From the IMG/VR virus record IMGVR_UViG_3300022074_000054, positions 1 through 54,241 of that record: DNA of 54,241 nucleotides; one strand, written 5' to 3'. Below, in pieces: positions 19,272-30,200 of this stretch; within the stretch, counting starts at the first letter, position 1, and each line of letters opens with the position of its first letter. The position numbers and the translations under genes are program-made. The stretch comes from a virus. Lineage: Duplodnaviria > Caudoviricetes. The notes under the pieces were generated by a model, which saw only the letters and a list, made by a program, of their open reading frames with translations, was not told the DNA's origin and did no database searches.

Positions 19272-21061
19272 TGGCGGAAACAGCGTTAAAGATTGAAGAA
19301 ACCGAAGAACTGGAAGTCCCGACCGGTGGTATTGGTGATTTCGTCATGGACGATGACGAAGCGGATGAGGTTTATGCTGATAAAGCTGAAGACTTTGGTG
19401 ACGACGGTATAGCTCAATTTCCTGCGCTGGCAGAGCGCATGGCAAAGTATGGCCGCAATGAAGATAACATGCTGGCCCACGTTGCGGAGGGTGAATTAGT
19501 CATCCCGGCACAATTCCTCGAAGATGAGGTAATTAAGCAACGTATCTACGATATTCTGACAGAAGCCGGGGTTGAAGACCCTGAAGCTTATGTTGTTGGT
19601 GCGAAAGCCAACGATCTTAACCCTACAACGGGCCTACCTGAGTTTTTCCTCAAGAAACTATTTAAGAAAATTGTCAAAGGCGTCAAGAAGGTTGTTAAGG
19701 CTGTTGTTAAAGTGGTCAAAAAGGTCGCTCCGATCATCTTGCCTATTGCTTTGGCGTTCACGCCTCTCGGACCTATTTACGGTGCCGCACTTGGTTCTGG
19801 TATCGGAACACTAATACAGGGCGGTAGTCTGAAAGACGCCCTGAAGTCGGCGCTTATTTCGGGTGCCGTAGGTGGTGTCACTGCTGGATTTACAGGATCA
19901 GGCAGCTTTGGACAGAACGTAGCTGATGCGGCCTCCAATTTTGGCGCTCGTGTTGGTCAGACGGTTTCTGGTGCGGGCTCTACCTTTACGGGTGGCGGCT
20001 TTACCGGAGAAGGCAATTTATTCTCGGACTTTGTACCCACTCCGGGTACGGAAGTTGCAGCCGCCGGTGATGCTGGTGCCTCACAAGCTCTTGACCCTAA
20101 TGCACCGGCACCGGCCCAAGCCAGTGTTGATGCGGGTGCTGGCAATCCTCCAGTTGCGGGTGACGCCGCGGCGGCAGGCGCGGATGCAGCGGCAGGCGTG
20201 GATGCAGCAGCGTCAGGCGCGGATGCAGCGGCACAAGGTACTCAGCTATCAACTGGAACAGAACCTCCCGGCTTTTTCAAAAGCGTTAAAGGAGCATTGG
20301 ACCCCACTGATGACGTAGGCTTCTTTGAAGGTATGGGCGATGCGTTTATGCCTGAGACCACTTCAACTACAGACGTTTTGAAAGCACAGGGCATTAATCC
20401 TGTTAACGCTACTGCGGCGCAACAAGCGGGCGCAAAAATGGTGGCGGCTGATCTTACACCTAACTTGCTTAGACGTTTCGGACCAATGGCTGCGGCAGGT
20501 ACAGTTGCAGCCGGTGGCATGGGCTTCTTTGATGTTCCAGAAGTAGAGCAAGCTAATTTCTTAGATTACAACCCTGACGGTACGCCGGTTACGGGTGCTG
20601 ATTTAATTGCAGCCGACCCCGGCAAATACCTCGTCCACAACCTTGGTCAGTTACAACTGAACCAAGAAACAGGCGAGTATGAAACCGTTGGGCAAGATAC
20701 TACGACAGAGGAAGTTGAAGATGCGGCGTATTTACCGCCTCTCATGCAGCCTGTCATGCAAAGTAATGCACCAGTAAACCAAGCTGGCTATCTTATGGCC
20801 AGCAACCCCGGCGGACCGTTTGCGCGACCATACGTGACGGCAGCCGAGGGTGGACCAATCTTCCCGCGTCGCACAGGCGGCATAGCCCCAACAGAAGGTA
20901 CTCCGGGTGAAGATAGCGTTCGAGCCATGTTAATGCCCGGTGAGTTTGTAATGACCACCGATGCTGTACGTGGCTTAGGTAACGGAAATCTTAACAACGG
21001 CATCAAGAACATGTATTCGGTTATGCGGAACCTTGAGAGTCGTGGGAGGGCTATGGCGTAA
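19271..21061 (+). CDS. Putative internal virion/DNA-ejection protein
   Basis: NPTTGLPEF followed by amphipathic basic helix KKLFKKIVKGVKK and Gly/Ala hydrophobic segments; C-terminal AMLMPGEFVMT. Confidence 0.6.
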   Translation: MAETALKIEETEELEVPTGGIGDFVMDDDEADEVYADKAEDFGDDGIAQFPALAERMAKYGRNEDNMLAHVAEGELVIPAQFLEDEVIKQRIYDILTEAGVEDPEAYVVGAKANDLNPTTGLPEFFLKKLFKKIVKGVKKVVKAVVKVVKKVAPIILPIALAFTPLGPIYGAALGSGIGTLIQGGSLKDALKSALISGAVGGVTAGFTGSGSFGQNVADAASNFGARVGQTVSGAGSTFTGGGFTGEGNLFSDFVPTPGTEVAAAGDAGASQALDPNAPAPAQASVDAGAGNPPVAGDAAAAGADAAAGVDAAASGADAAAQGTQLSTGTEPPGFFKSVKGALDPTDDVGFFEGMGDAFMPETTSTTDVLKAQGINPVNATAAQQAGAKMVAADLTPNLLRRFGPMAAAGTVAAGGMGFFDVPEVEQANFLDYNPDGTPVTGADLIAADPGKYLVHNLGQLQLNQETGEYETVGQDTTTEEVEDAAYLPPLMQPVMQSNAPVNQAGYLMASNPGGPFARPYVTAAEGGPIFPRRTGGIAPTEGTPGEDSVRAMLMPGEFVMTTDAVRGLGNGNLNNGIKNMYSVMRNLESRGRAMA

Positions 21062-24000
21062 TGGCTGAACAATCCACACAGATCGTCCGCGAAGCTCCGG
21101 AAATTGAGGCGTATAAACTCGCCCTATTAGAATCTGCAAAAGCTCTTGCCGACCAAGGACAAACTATTCCGCCCTATATGGTCGCGGAAATGTCTGGCCT
21201 ACAGATTAAGGCAACCGAACTAGCAGAAGCCGGAATTGGCGGATACCAACCTTATTTACAAGAAGCTGGGTACACGCTAGGCGATGCACAAACCGCATTT
21301 GGCGCAACCATGCAAGGCGCTTTGCCGTTTCAGACGGAAGCTGCCGATGCCATGCGTGGCGGGTTGTCTAATATCCCCGGACAAATTTCAGCCGCTCAAG
21401 CGGGTATTTCTGATGCAATTACCGCTGGCGGCGCAGCAACAACCGCGGCCCAAGGCGCATTAGACACGGCAGCAACTGGCGCAAGAACGTCTGCTGCGGG
21501 CGGCCAAGAAGCGTTAGGCGCTGCGGCGGCTAACATACCCGGCGTTATTGGCGATGTCACTCAAGGTACTGCTGCTGCAAACGCTTTGGCAGCACAAGCG
21601 GCGGCTGATGCTGCGGCTACCGGACGAGTAGACACTCTAGCCAAGCAATTAGCGACAGCCGATGCTGCATCCAGAGGTATAGCCGGTACGGTTGGCGATG
21701 CTGGTTTACAGCAAGCTGCTACAACACAAGCTGGTTTAGATGCCGCCACATTAGCTGCGCAACAAGCCGCAGCCACAGGACAAGCTGATTTAGGCACGGC
21801 TGCCGGATTGGGGCAAGGTTTTGCTACTGAGGCGGGCACCGGAGCGCGGGCCGCGGCTCAACAGGCTGGAACAGATACTGCGACTGCTATTCAAGCGGCG
21901 CGAGGTGCCGTACAGGGTGCTGGAACAGGATTACAACAAGCCGGTATTGGCGCATTACAAGCTGCTCAAGATGCAGGGACCGCGACTCAAGGCGCAATTG
22001 ATGCTGCCAGAGCGCAGGCCGCAGGTGGTCAGCAAGCGTTAGGCGCAGCCGGTTTAGCAGGAGCGCAAGCCGCTGCGGATGCAGGATTAGGCGCAAGACT
22101 TGGCGCGGCTGGAACCGCTCAAGGTTTAGCGGGCACTTCTGATGCAGCCCGTTTAGCGGCTCAACAGACGGCTCAAGGTTTAAGCGGCGTAAGTGGCGCA
22201 GCGCGGACCGCGGCTCAAGACGCTGCCGCAGGCGGGCTGGGTGCTTATGAAAGAGCTATTGGCGGAGTTGACGATATTGCGCAGGCGGCTCGAAATGTTG
22301 CAGGTCGCGCTCAAACAGGCGGACAAACAGCAGCGCAGCAAGCTGCTCAACAGACTCAGGCCGCAATTTCCGGCGCTAGGGGGATTACATCCGATGCTGC
22401 AAGAGCTTTACAACAAGCTGGAGCGTTAGGAACACAAACTGCACAACAGGGTATTGCTGGTTTAGCGGGCACTACAGGAGCATTTGATCCTACGTCTGCC
22501 GGTTCGTTCATGAATCAGTACGAAGATGCCGCTGTTCAGCAGGCTTTGGCCGACATTCAACGTGCTGGAACCATTCAACAACAGGGTGTAGCGGCACAAG
22601 CGGTTGGATCAGGTGCTTTTGGCGGGTCACGCCAAGCGGTAGCCGAGCAAGAATTACAACGAAACATATTAGAGCAACAGGGCCGTACTGCCGCAGGAAT
22701 GCGTCAGCAAGGCTTTGAAAGCGCCTCACAACGGGCGCAACAAGCGTTTGAAGCGCAGCAAGCTCGTGCGCAACAGGCCGCGCAGCTTACTGGAGCGTTG
22801 GGCGCTCAAGGATCACAGGCCGGAATGTCCGCAGCGCAAGCTGCTGGAACGCTTGGTCTATCTGCCGAAGAACTTGCGGCGCGTACTGCGCAACAGCAGG
22901 GTCAGTTGGGCTTATCTGCCGAGCAGTTAGCCGCACAAACCGGTATGAGTGCCGAGCAATTGGCGCAACAAGGTGCGTTGCAGGGTGGCCAGCTTGGTTT
23001 ATCCGCAGCACAAGCGGCGGGTCAAATCGGATTGTCCGCAGAACAACTTGCGGCGTCTAATCTGGCACAGGCCGGACAGATGGGTATGACTGCCGAGCAG
23101 TTGGCCGCATCAAACTTGGCTCAAGCAGGTCAGTTAGGTCAATCTGCCGAGCAATTGGCCGGTCAGCTTGGCATGTCTTCTGCTCAGTTGCAGGGTCAAT
23201 TAGCGGGCCAAGCGGCTCAAATGGGTATCAGCACCGAAGAACTTGCCGGACGTTTGATTGGTCAGCAGGCTCAAACGGGTATGTCTGCCCAGCAGCTATT
23301 GGCGCAGACTGCGCAACAAGCCGGTCAGTTGGGTCTGTCCGCAGAGCAATTAGCGGCTCAAACGGCACAGCAGCAAGCCGGAACACAATTGTCCGCCGAA
23401 CAACTAGCGGGCCAGTTGGGCATGAGCGCGTCTCAGCTACAAGGTCAATTGGCGGGTCAAGCCGCCGGTTTGGGCATGAGCGCCGCGCAGATGCAGCAAC
23501 AAGGCGCACAACAAGGTGGTCAGTTGGGACTTGCCGCACTACAGCAGGCGGGTCAGCTAGGCATGAACGCAGAGCAAATGGCTTCTGCAAACGCCCAAGC
23601 GTTGGCAACGACCGGTATGAATTTACAGCAGCTTGCATCACAAACGGGCCTAAGTGCCGCGCAGTTGGCAGGTCAAATGAACCAGCAGACGGGCGCATTA
23701 GCACTACAGGGCGTAAATCAGCAAGCCGATATTGCAAACCGAGCAGCACAACTGGGTATCTCAGCCGAACAGCTTGCGGGACAACTGGCCAGTCAATCGG
23801 GACAGTTGGGTCAAAGCCAAGCTCAGTTGGCTATGCAGGGTTCTCAGCAAGGCGGCGCTCTTGGTCTTCAAGGATCAGAGCTACAAGGCCGGTTGGGCGA
23901 GGGACTTGGAGCCCTTGGCACACAATACGGGCAGCTTAACTTACAACAAGCTGAAGGACTCAGCCAATTGGGTCTACGTCAGGGCGCTCTTGGCGAACTA

Positions 24001-24291
24001 CAGCAGCAGTTGGGTCAGAAAGAAGCTGGATTCTTGTTTGATGTTGGTAAGCAACAGCAGGCACAGGATCAAGCGGTACTGGAAGCGGAACGTAAGACGC
24101 AGGTCGAGCAACAATACGAGCCTTACCAGCGTGTTGGTTTCCTATCTGACATTTACAAAGGTGCGCCGTCTAGTCAGATGGCCATATCACAAACATCTGG
24201 CGGAAGCGTATCACCAGCCCAGTCTATCTTAGGCTTGGGTGTAGCAGGCTTGTCGGCAGCGGCAGGTGCAGCAAAAGCGGGGTTATTTTAA
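21061..24291 (+). CDS. Ala/Gln/Gly-rich repetitive putative ejection (pilot) protein
   Basis: 1076 aa; many GQLG(L/M)SAEQLA repeats; GAFGGSRQ motif; hydrophobic C-terminus. Confidence 0.65.
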   Translation: MAEQSTQIVREAPEIEAYKLALLESAKALADQGQTIPPYMVAEMSGLQIKATELAEAGIGGYQPYLQEAGYTLGDAQTAFGATMQGALPFQTEAADAMRGGLSNIPGQISAAQAGISDAITAGGAATTAAQGALDTAATGARTSAAGGQEALGAAAANIPGVIGDVTQGTAAANALAAQAAADAAATGRVDTLAKQLATADAASRGIAGTVGDAGLQQAATTQAGLDAATLAAQQAAATGQADLGTAAGLGQGFATEAGTGARAAAQQAGTDTATAIQAARGAVQGAGTGLQQAGIGALQAAQDAGTATQGAIDAARAQAAGGQQALGAAGLAGAQAAADAGLGARLGAAGTAQGLAGTSDAARLAAQQTAQGLSGVSGAARTAAQDAAAGGLGAYERAIGGVDDIAQAARNVAGRAQTGGQTAAQQAAQQTQAAISGARGITSDAARALQQAGALGTQTAQQGIAGLAGTTGAFDPTSAGSFMNQYEDAAVQQALADIQRAGTIQQQGVAAQAVGSGAFGGSRQAVAEQELQRNILEQQGRTAAGMRQQGFESASQRAQQAFEAQQARAQQAAQLTGALGAQGSQAGMSAAQAAGTLGLSAEELAARTAQQQGQLGLSAEQLAAQTGMSAEQLAQQGALQGGQLGLSAAQAAGQIGLSAEQLAASNLAQAGQMGMTAEQLAASNLAQAGQLGQSAEQLAGQLGMSSAQLQGQLAGQAAQMGISTEELAGRLIGQQAQTGMSAQQLLAQTAQQAGQLGLSAEQLAAQTAQQQAGTQLSAEQLAGQLGMSASQLQGQLAGQAAGLGMSAAQMQQQGAQQGGQLGLAALQQAGQLGMNAEQMASANAQALATTGMNLQQLASQTGLSAAQLAGQMNQQTGALALQGVNQQADIANRAAQLGISAEQLAGQLASQSGQLGQSQAQLAMQGSQQGGALGLQGSELQGRLGEGLGALGTQYGQLNLQQAEGLSQLGLRQGALGELQQQLGQKEAGFLFDVGKQQQAQDQAVLEAERKTQVEQQYEPYQRVGFLSDIYKGAPSSQMAISQTSGGSVSPAQSILGLGVAGLSAAAGAAKAGLF

Positions 24292-27198
24292 ATGATGAAC
24301 AGAGAAGTAATGAGCAGACAGATGTTTGCTAAAGGAGGCGCGGCGTTTCCCGACCTTAGTGGGGACGGCAACGTGACGCAAAAAGACATTTTGATCGGTC
24401 GTGGGGTTATCCCCATGCAGGAAGGCGGTATGGCTCCCATGCCAATGTCCGCGGCTCCCGGACCACAAATGATGCCTCCGGGTTTGCCTCCTATTGACCC
24501 TAATAACGTTGATATTAATCAAGCGGCACAAGGTGCCATGCAGCAAGGCATTGACCCCGCAATGCTTGAAGGCATGTTGACGCAATATTCCGCTGGTTTG
24601 GAAGACTTAGAAAACGCTGAAGATTACGAGACCGTCATGAACGGTATTCGAGGCGATGACTTACCTATTGAAAGCAGGTATCAGGAACTAGCCAGTGTTG
24701 TGGGTCCAGAAGATGCGCAACAAACTCCTGAATCGGTGCTTGCTCTGGTGCAGCCCGTCATGATGATGGCTGCGGTGGATCAAGGTATTGGAGGATTGGC
24801 CGCCGAAGAGATGAATGCCCCGATAGAAGGGGCCATGGCAGAAGGCATCATGTCTACTGTCAACATGGGTGGTCCGGAAGCTCCAGCACAGGTTCCCGGA
24901 GGGCCTGCTCCCGTAAATTTTAATCAAGGCGGTTCCGTAGCTTACATGGCGGACGGTGGTGATAGCCGCCTTGGACAAATATATCAGGACAGACAAGCCG
25001 TATATGGCGACATTTTAGGCGTCGCAGACCAAGAAGCCGAACTAGCCGACCAGACTGACATGACAAAGGCGCAGATGCTTTTTGACGTGGCTCAAGGCGC
25101 GTTAATGTTTGCTACACCCGGAGAGAGAAACATGAGCCCCGCAGAACGGCTGGCTCAAGCGTTTACACCCGTGTTGGGTAACATCAGCACTCGCGCCGGT
25201 GAACTACAGAAGTTTAAAAACGCACAAAATCAAGAAAAGCGGGCCTTGAACCTGCAAGCGTTGGGTTCAGCAGAAAACCAATTGGCCTTTGAATTAAAGG
25301 TTGATGCAGATAAAGCAGCGCAAGCCGCTGAACAAGCGTGGAAAACCAAAGAGAAAGCACTAGACCGCGGTCACGAGCTTTTGAAAATGGATAAAACGTT
25401 TGCTTTCAACCGTCAAGAAAACGAATCAAGCCAAAATTTCCAAATGCGTTTGGCAGATCGTAAGATTGAAGCTCAAAACTTATTGCAACAATTACAAGGC
25501 ACTCAGAAAAAAGAGGAAATTCAACTTCGGGGACAGTTGCAATCTGAATTAGCGCAGATCGACAACGCGTTCCAACGTAGTATGCAGCAAGACCGGTTTG
25601 ACTTTAGCAAGCTGGAGCGTTTGGACACTCAAGCTTACAACGACGAAGTACGTCAGCAGCAGTTTGCTAATCAACGAGCCATTATTGCGCTTGAGTTTGA
25701 CAATACCAAACAAGGTATTGCGCTTAGAAACCAGCTTGAGCAAGAAAACATGCGTCTTGGCAGTGAATTGCGTGTTGGTGAAAATCAAATCGCCTTTGAG
25801 AATCAGCTTGAGCGTGACAACATCTTGCATATCAACGATATTTCTAAGATGGATCACGGCCATGAGCAAAACTTGGCGCTTACGTCGCACCGCGGTGCTA
25901 TTCAACGTGAAAACCAAGAGTTGCAAAACGCCTTTACAGCCGCAGAATCGGCGCTGGATCGTGCGCAGAAAGAAAACTTGCAACTTAGCGATCAGACCTT
26001 CCGCAGACTTATGCAGGAAGAAATGCAGACCTTTACCTCCGATCAAGCTGAGATCGACAGGGCCATTGCTAAGACAAATCGTGCGTTTGACGAGGCTCTT
26101 GCAGTACGCGGAGCGGATCAGAAAGATGTTCAACTTGGTCTTAGCGAAAGAGCGCAGGCTCTGGATGAGGCATACAAGCTGGGCATGTTGAGTATTGAGC
26201 GACTTGTCGCTAACGCAACCAAGGTTGGCAGCAAAGCTAAGACAGATGAATTGACTTACCTGACTAACCCAGAGCGTATGTCACAATACGCACAAGGAAC
26301 CTTGGGTGACGAAACGGCTCTGTATGAGCAAGCGTTGCTAGATTACACCTCTGCTAACGACGTGTGGGACCCTGCGCTAGGTAAGTATGTTCAAGGCTCT
26401 GCGGGTAAATTAGCGCCAACCATTTTGGAAAGCGTTAAATCGGGCAACCCAGACTTGTATACGAAGATTACCGGTACGCAACTTGCGGAAGATGGGAGTG
26501 CTTTACCCGATGCGCCGCTTACGTTGTTAGGGGCAAATTCTCAAAACAGCGACATTATGAACGCTGACGGCACCGTTAATCTACAATCTAGTGTTTTTGA
26601 GGTTACTAGACCAAACCGATACAACCCTGAAGTAGATTACAAGCAGGTAATAGGTATGTCTCGTTTGTATCCGGGGTTGAAAAAGATTGTATCTGAAGGT
26701 TATGCGGAGGCTACGGACGGTATGCCCACCGAAGAGGCACAAATGCACTCAGAGGCACAAAAAACGCTGAATGCTTTTTCGAACGATCTTTTACAGTTTT
26801 CAACACAGATAACGGGCGACCGTGTATTAAAATTTGTGCAGGAGCTAATAGAGCAAGAAACTCAGAATTTAAGACCCGGTGGTATATTACTTAAAACAGA
26901 CTCCGATGCACGTTCGTCTCTAAAAGCTTTACGGGACGGGTTAATGCAAGGTATGCAACTAAAAGCGGCGCAATTGCCTGAATATGGTGGTAATTCTTCT
27001 GGATTAGGGGAAGCGCAGGTTAAAGCCTCCCGTGCAGCAATGGATGAAATGAAAGTCTTATTGAACGAGGTTTTAGCGTTTGAAGAAGGGTTTGGTTATA
27101 CCCCTGTTGTTCGGACGACGGAAACAGGTGCCGATCAAAGTACCTCTACTGCACGAAGCCAAATTTTAGATATGCGTAAGCAAAACAATGGGGGTTAA
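24292..27198 (+). CDS. Putative internal virion protein (long coiled coil)
   Basis: 968 aa; N-terminal FPDLSGDGNVTQKDIL (EF-hand/dockerin-like loop); helical Q/E-rich core. Confidence 0.6.
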   Translation: MMNREVMSRQMFAKGGAAFPDLSGDGNVTQKDILIGRGVIPMQEGGMAPMPMSAAPGPQMMPPGLPPIDPNNVDINQAAQGAMQQGIDPAMLEGMLTQYSAGLEDLENAEDYETVMNGIRGDDLPIESRYQELASVVGPEDAQQTPESVLALVQPVMMMAAVDQGIGGLAAEEMNAPIEGAMAEGIMSTVNMGGPEAPAQVPGGPAPVNFNQGGSVAYMADGGDSRLGQIYQDRQAVYGDILGVADQEAELADQTDMTKAQMLFDVAQGALMFATPGERNMSPAERLAQAFTPVLGNISTRAGELQKFKNAQNQEKRALNLQALGSAENQLAFELKVDADKAAQAAEQAWKTKEKALDRGHELLKMDKTFAFNRQENESSQNFQMRLADRKIEAQNLLQQLQGTQKKEEIQLRGQLQSELAQIDNAFQRSMQQDRFDFSKLERLDTQAYNDEVRQQQFANQRAIIALEFDNTKQGIALRNQLEQENMRLGSELRVGENQIAFENQLERDNILHINDISKMDHGHEQNLALTSHRGAIQRENQELQNAFTAAESALDRAQKENLQLSDQTFRRLMQEEMQTFTSDQAEIDRAIAKTNRAFDEALAVRGADQKDVQLGLSERAQALDEAYKLGMLSIERLVANATKVGSKAKTDELTYLTNPERMSQYAQGTLGDETALYEQALLDYTSANDVWDPALGKYVQGSAGKLAPTILESVKSGNPDLYTKITGTQLAEDGSALPDAPLTLLGANSQNSDIMNADGTVNLQSSVFEVTRPNRYNPEVDYKQVIGMSRLYPGLKKIVSEGYAEATDGMPTEEAQMHSEAQKTLNAFSNDLLQFSTQITGDRVLKFVQELIEQETQNLRPGGILLKTDSDARSSLKALRDGLMQGMQLKAAQLPEYGGNSSGLGEAQVKASRAAMDEMKVLLNEVLAFEEGFGYTPVVRTTETGADQSTSTARSQILDMRKQNNGG

Positions 27199-27200
27199 TA

Positions 27201-30200
27201 ATGGCAGGTGAAGCATTAGTTGAACTTACAAGGCCCCAATTTGAAAACTTGATGGAAACTCAAGGCTTGGACCAGACCGTTGACGGTATCTTGTCCATAG
27301 CCAATGAGGAGCTAGAGTTATCTGCGCCGCTTACAAGAGAAAGCTTGGCAAACGGCACACACCCTATACTAGATCAATTGGATCGTTATAAAGGTATCGC
27401 GCCAGAGCAGCGTAATGTTTCGCCTGAAGAAATACTGACCATTTTTACCAACGTAGAAGACTACGGTAAATATGACCCAGAAAAGGGCAGTTTTTCAGGA
27501 TTTAAAGCCGCCGCTTCTGGTGCGGGACGAATGGTTCCAGAAACAGTGGGAGCCGGGGTAGGTTTTAAGGCGGGTCTTGCCGCCGCAACGCCGATAGCGG
27601 CTCTGATTCCTCCCATTGGATTACCCGGATTAGCTTTGAAGGGTATTGTTTACGGTGCTGGTGGTATTGGTGGCGCTATTTTGGGAGCGTTTGGTGCGGG
27701 TGAAGCAGAAGACGCTTTGTTAGGTGAAGCCGCTCCGGTAGTGCCGTCACTAGAGCCTGCTTACCGTGGTGGTGAAACGGGCATGTTTGCGCTATCCATG
27801 TTGGCCTCCCCTTGGAAATTAGCACCTAGTGTACCGAAAGCCAAAACAGGTGCGATTGAGTTTCTTGAAAACTTCAAGCAGGTTTCTAACGGTAAGTTCG
27901 TTGACGTGGCGGATGAAGCTTTTCAGCTTGCCGCAAAAAACGCCGGACTTAGCGAGAAAGCTGCAACAAAACTATTTGAACGCGCCTCACGGGCCAGAAC
28001 TGCCGCTTCTCAAAGCGGGCCCATGTTTGGTGGAGGCGTCGGCGTTAATATAGGTATTGGGCGATTTAACCCCGCGGGCTATTTATTTGATCCACGAAAA
28101 GGCCCTGTCGGGGCTAGAGTTGTTGGTGGTATCGAGGGCGGCATTGACCGATCACTGCGTTTTGCTAGAGAAAATCCGGGAAAGTTTTTAGGTGCGGAAG
28201 GATTAGTCGCTGCCGGTTCGGGGACTGGAGCAATGATTGCTCAAGAAGTTGCTCCGTATGACGAAAGCGCCCGTATAGGTGGAGAATTAATTGGATCGTT
28301 TGTTATTCCAATTCCTGCGCAGATAGTTTTAGATTCTGGCCCAGACGCGGCCAAAGGTTTATTTAGAACGTTAAAAGCGTGGTATGGAAATGCCGCAAAT
28401 GAAACCACACGCGAGGGCCTTCTTACAGACAGCCTAAAGCGCGACAGTGCTAGTCGTATTTTACAAGCTTTGAACAAGTCCGAAGAGTTTGCAAACAAAG
28501 TAAATAAAGAAACCGGCCAACTTGAAATGACGGCGGACGAAAAACTGACGTTTTTCATTGAAGAGCTTGGGAAAGCTGCAAGTGAGCCGCGTAAAGGCCC
28601 TGACGGTGAAGACATACAGCTTACCGTGGCTAATCTGGCAAAAGCCGCGGGTTTGGACTTTTCTCCAACCTTACAAACAATTGAAAGAGAATTAGCTAAA
28701 TCTAGCGACGACCTTGCTGTAGCTACAGGCCGAGGAAGAGAAGAATTGCAAGCCGGTGCGGTACAGGCTATTCGAGCTTTAACCGCTACTAAGGACCCTT
28801 TAGCCTTGGCTTACGCAGCGCGTATCCAACAAGGGCTATACGAACAAAACATTATGGATGGCGTAGACGCCTCTGTAACAAAATTAATGGAATCTGCGTC
28901 AAAAGTTGTCGGACGAGATGTAGCTGGCGGTTCCGATAGAGTTGACCTGTCTGAAAAACTGTATGACGTACTTAAAAATCAGATTGATCTATCTAAAGTA
29001 AGAGAAAGACGCCTTTGGAATGAAGTGGGCAGCTATCCGCTTACACAATTTTACGCCAAAAACGGGCGTGAAATACAACAGCCAAACGTTTTGCAATTGC
29101 TAGACCGTCCGTCACGTGATGGGGGTCTTAATTTTGCCTCTAAAGGTGCGCAAAGAGACCTTGAAAGCACCTTATCTGGTTACCAAAAAGACATTGATGA
29201 CTTGCGTGACTACTTTCAAAACGGCACTGGACGTAACCCCGCTACTGCACAAAAGTTTTTTGAAATGCGTTCGGGTTTAATGGACCGCGCTTCAGAGTTA
29301 AGGAAAACAGGGCGCACAGTAGCTGCTGGCAGATTAGATAAAATTAACGACGCTTTGTTGCGCGATTTGACCGGGCAAAAAGACGGGGCTTCCGAAGGAT
29401 ATAACGCGGCTCGCGCATATACCTTCGCCCGAAACAACGTATTCACACGTAGCTTCTTGAGTGATCTGACTGCAACAGACCGTAACAGAGGTCTGGTTTT
29501 AGACCCACAAAATCTGCTAGATGCCGCTTTCCGCGGAGGCAACCTAAGTACCGCTAAAAGATTTGACCAAATTAAAGCGGCGGGTCGTTTCCTTGTAGAT
29601 GAAGGCGGTATTGATGAAATAGAAGCCCAGATAATGGACGCTGATTCATTGATGAGCGCGGCTTTACGTGATTCGCTGGGCAAGGTCATGGATAGCAAGC
29701 GTATACCTAATCCGGCGAACCCCGATGAAATGATTGAAACGTTTGTAGTTAATCAAACTAAATTAGATACGTGGAAAGGCCAGCCCGGAACAAAAGAACT
29801 TTTTGCCTTATTGCCTGATTTAGAGGTTGATTTGGCAGACGCGGTTAGCGCACAAAGAGCGTTTGATAACATGTTGACTGATGTATCAAACACGATGAGT
29901 CCTTCAAGGGCCAAGCAACTAGGCTTTAATGAAGAGCAAATTAACAACTTGTACAAAACAAAAGCGTTCCAAAGCGTTTTAGAGTTTGAAGACCCCGGTA
30001 AAGCAGTGGCGCAAGCCCTGTCTTCTCAGCGTCCGGGGCTGGCGCTTAATTCTCTTTATCGCATGGTCGATGAAGCTAATTACGCGAATAGTGAGTTCAC
30101 TCGTGAACAAGCAATGGCGGGTTTGAAAGCGGCTATTTATAACAACGCTTTGACTAAAGCTAACAACACCGCCGGTTTACCCAACGGTGATGCGCTGCAA

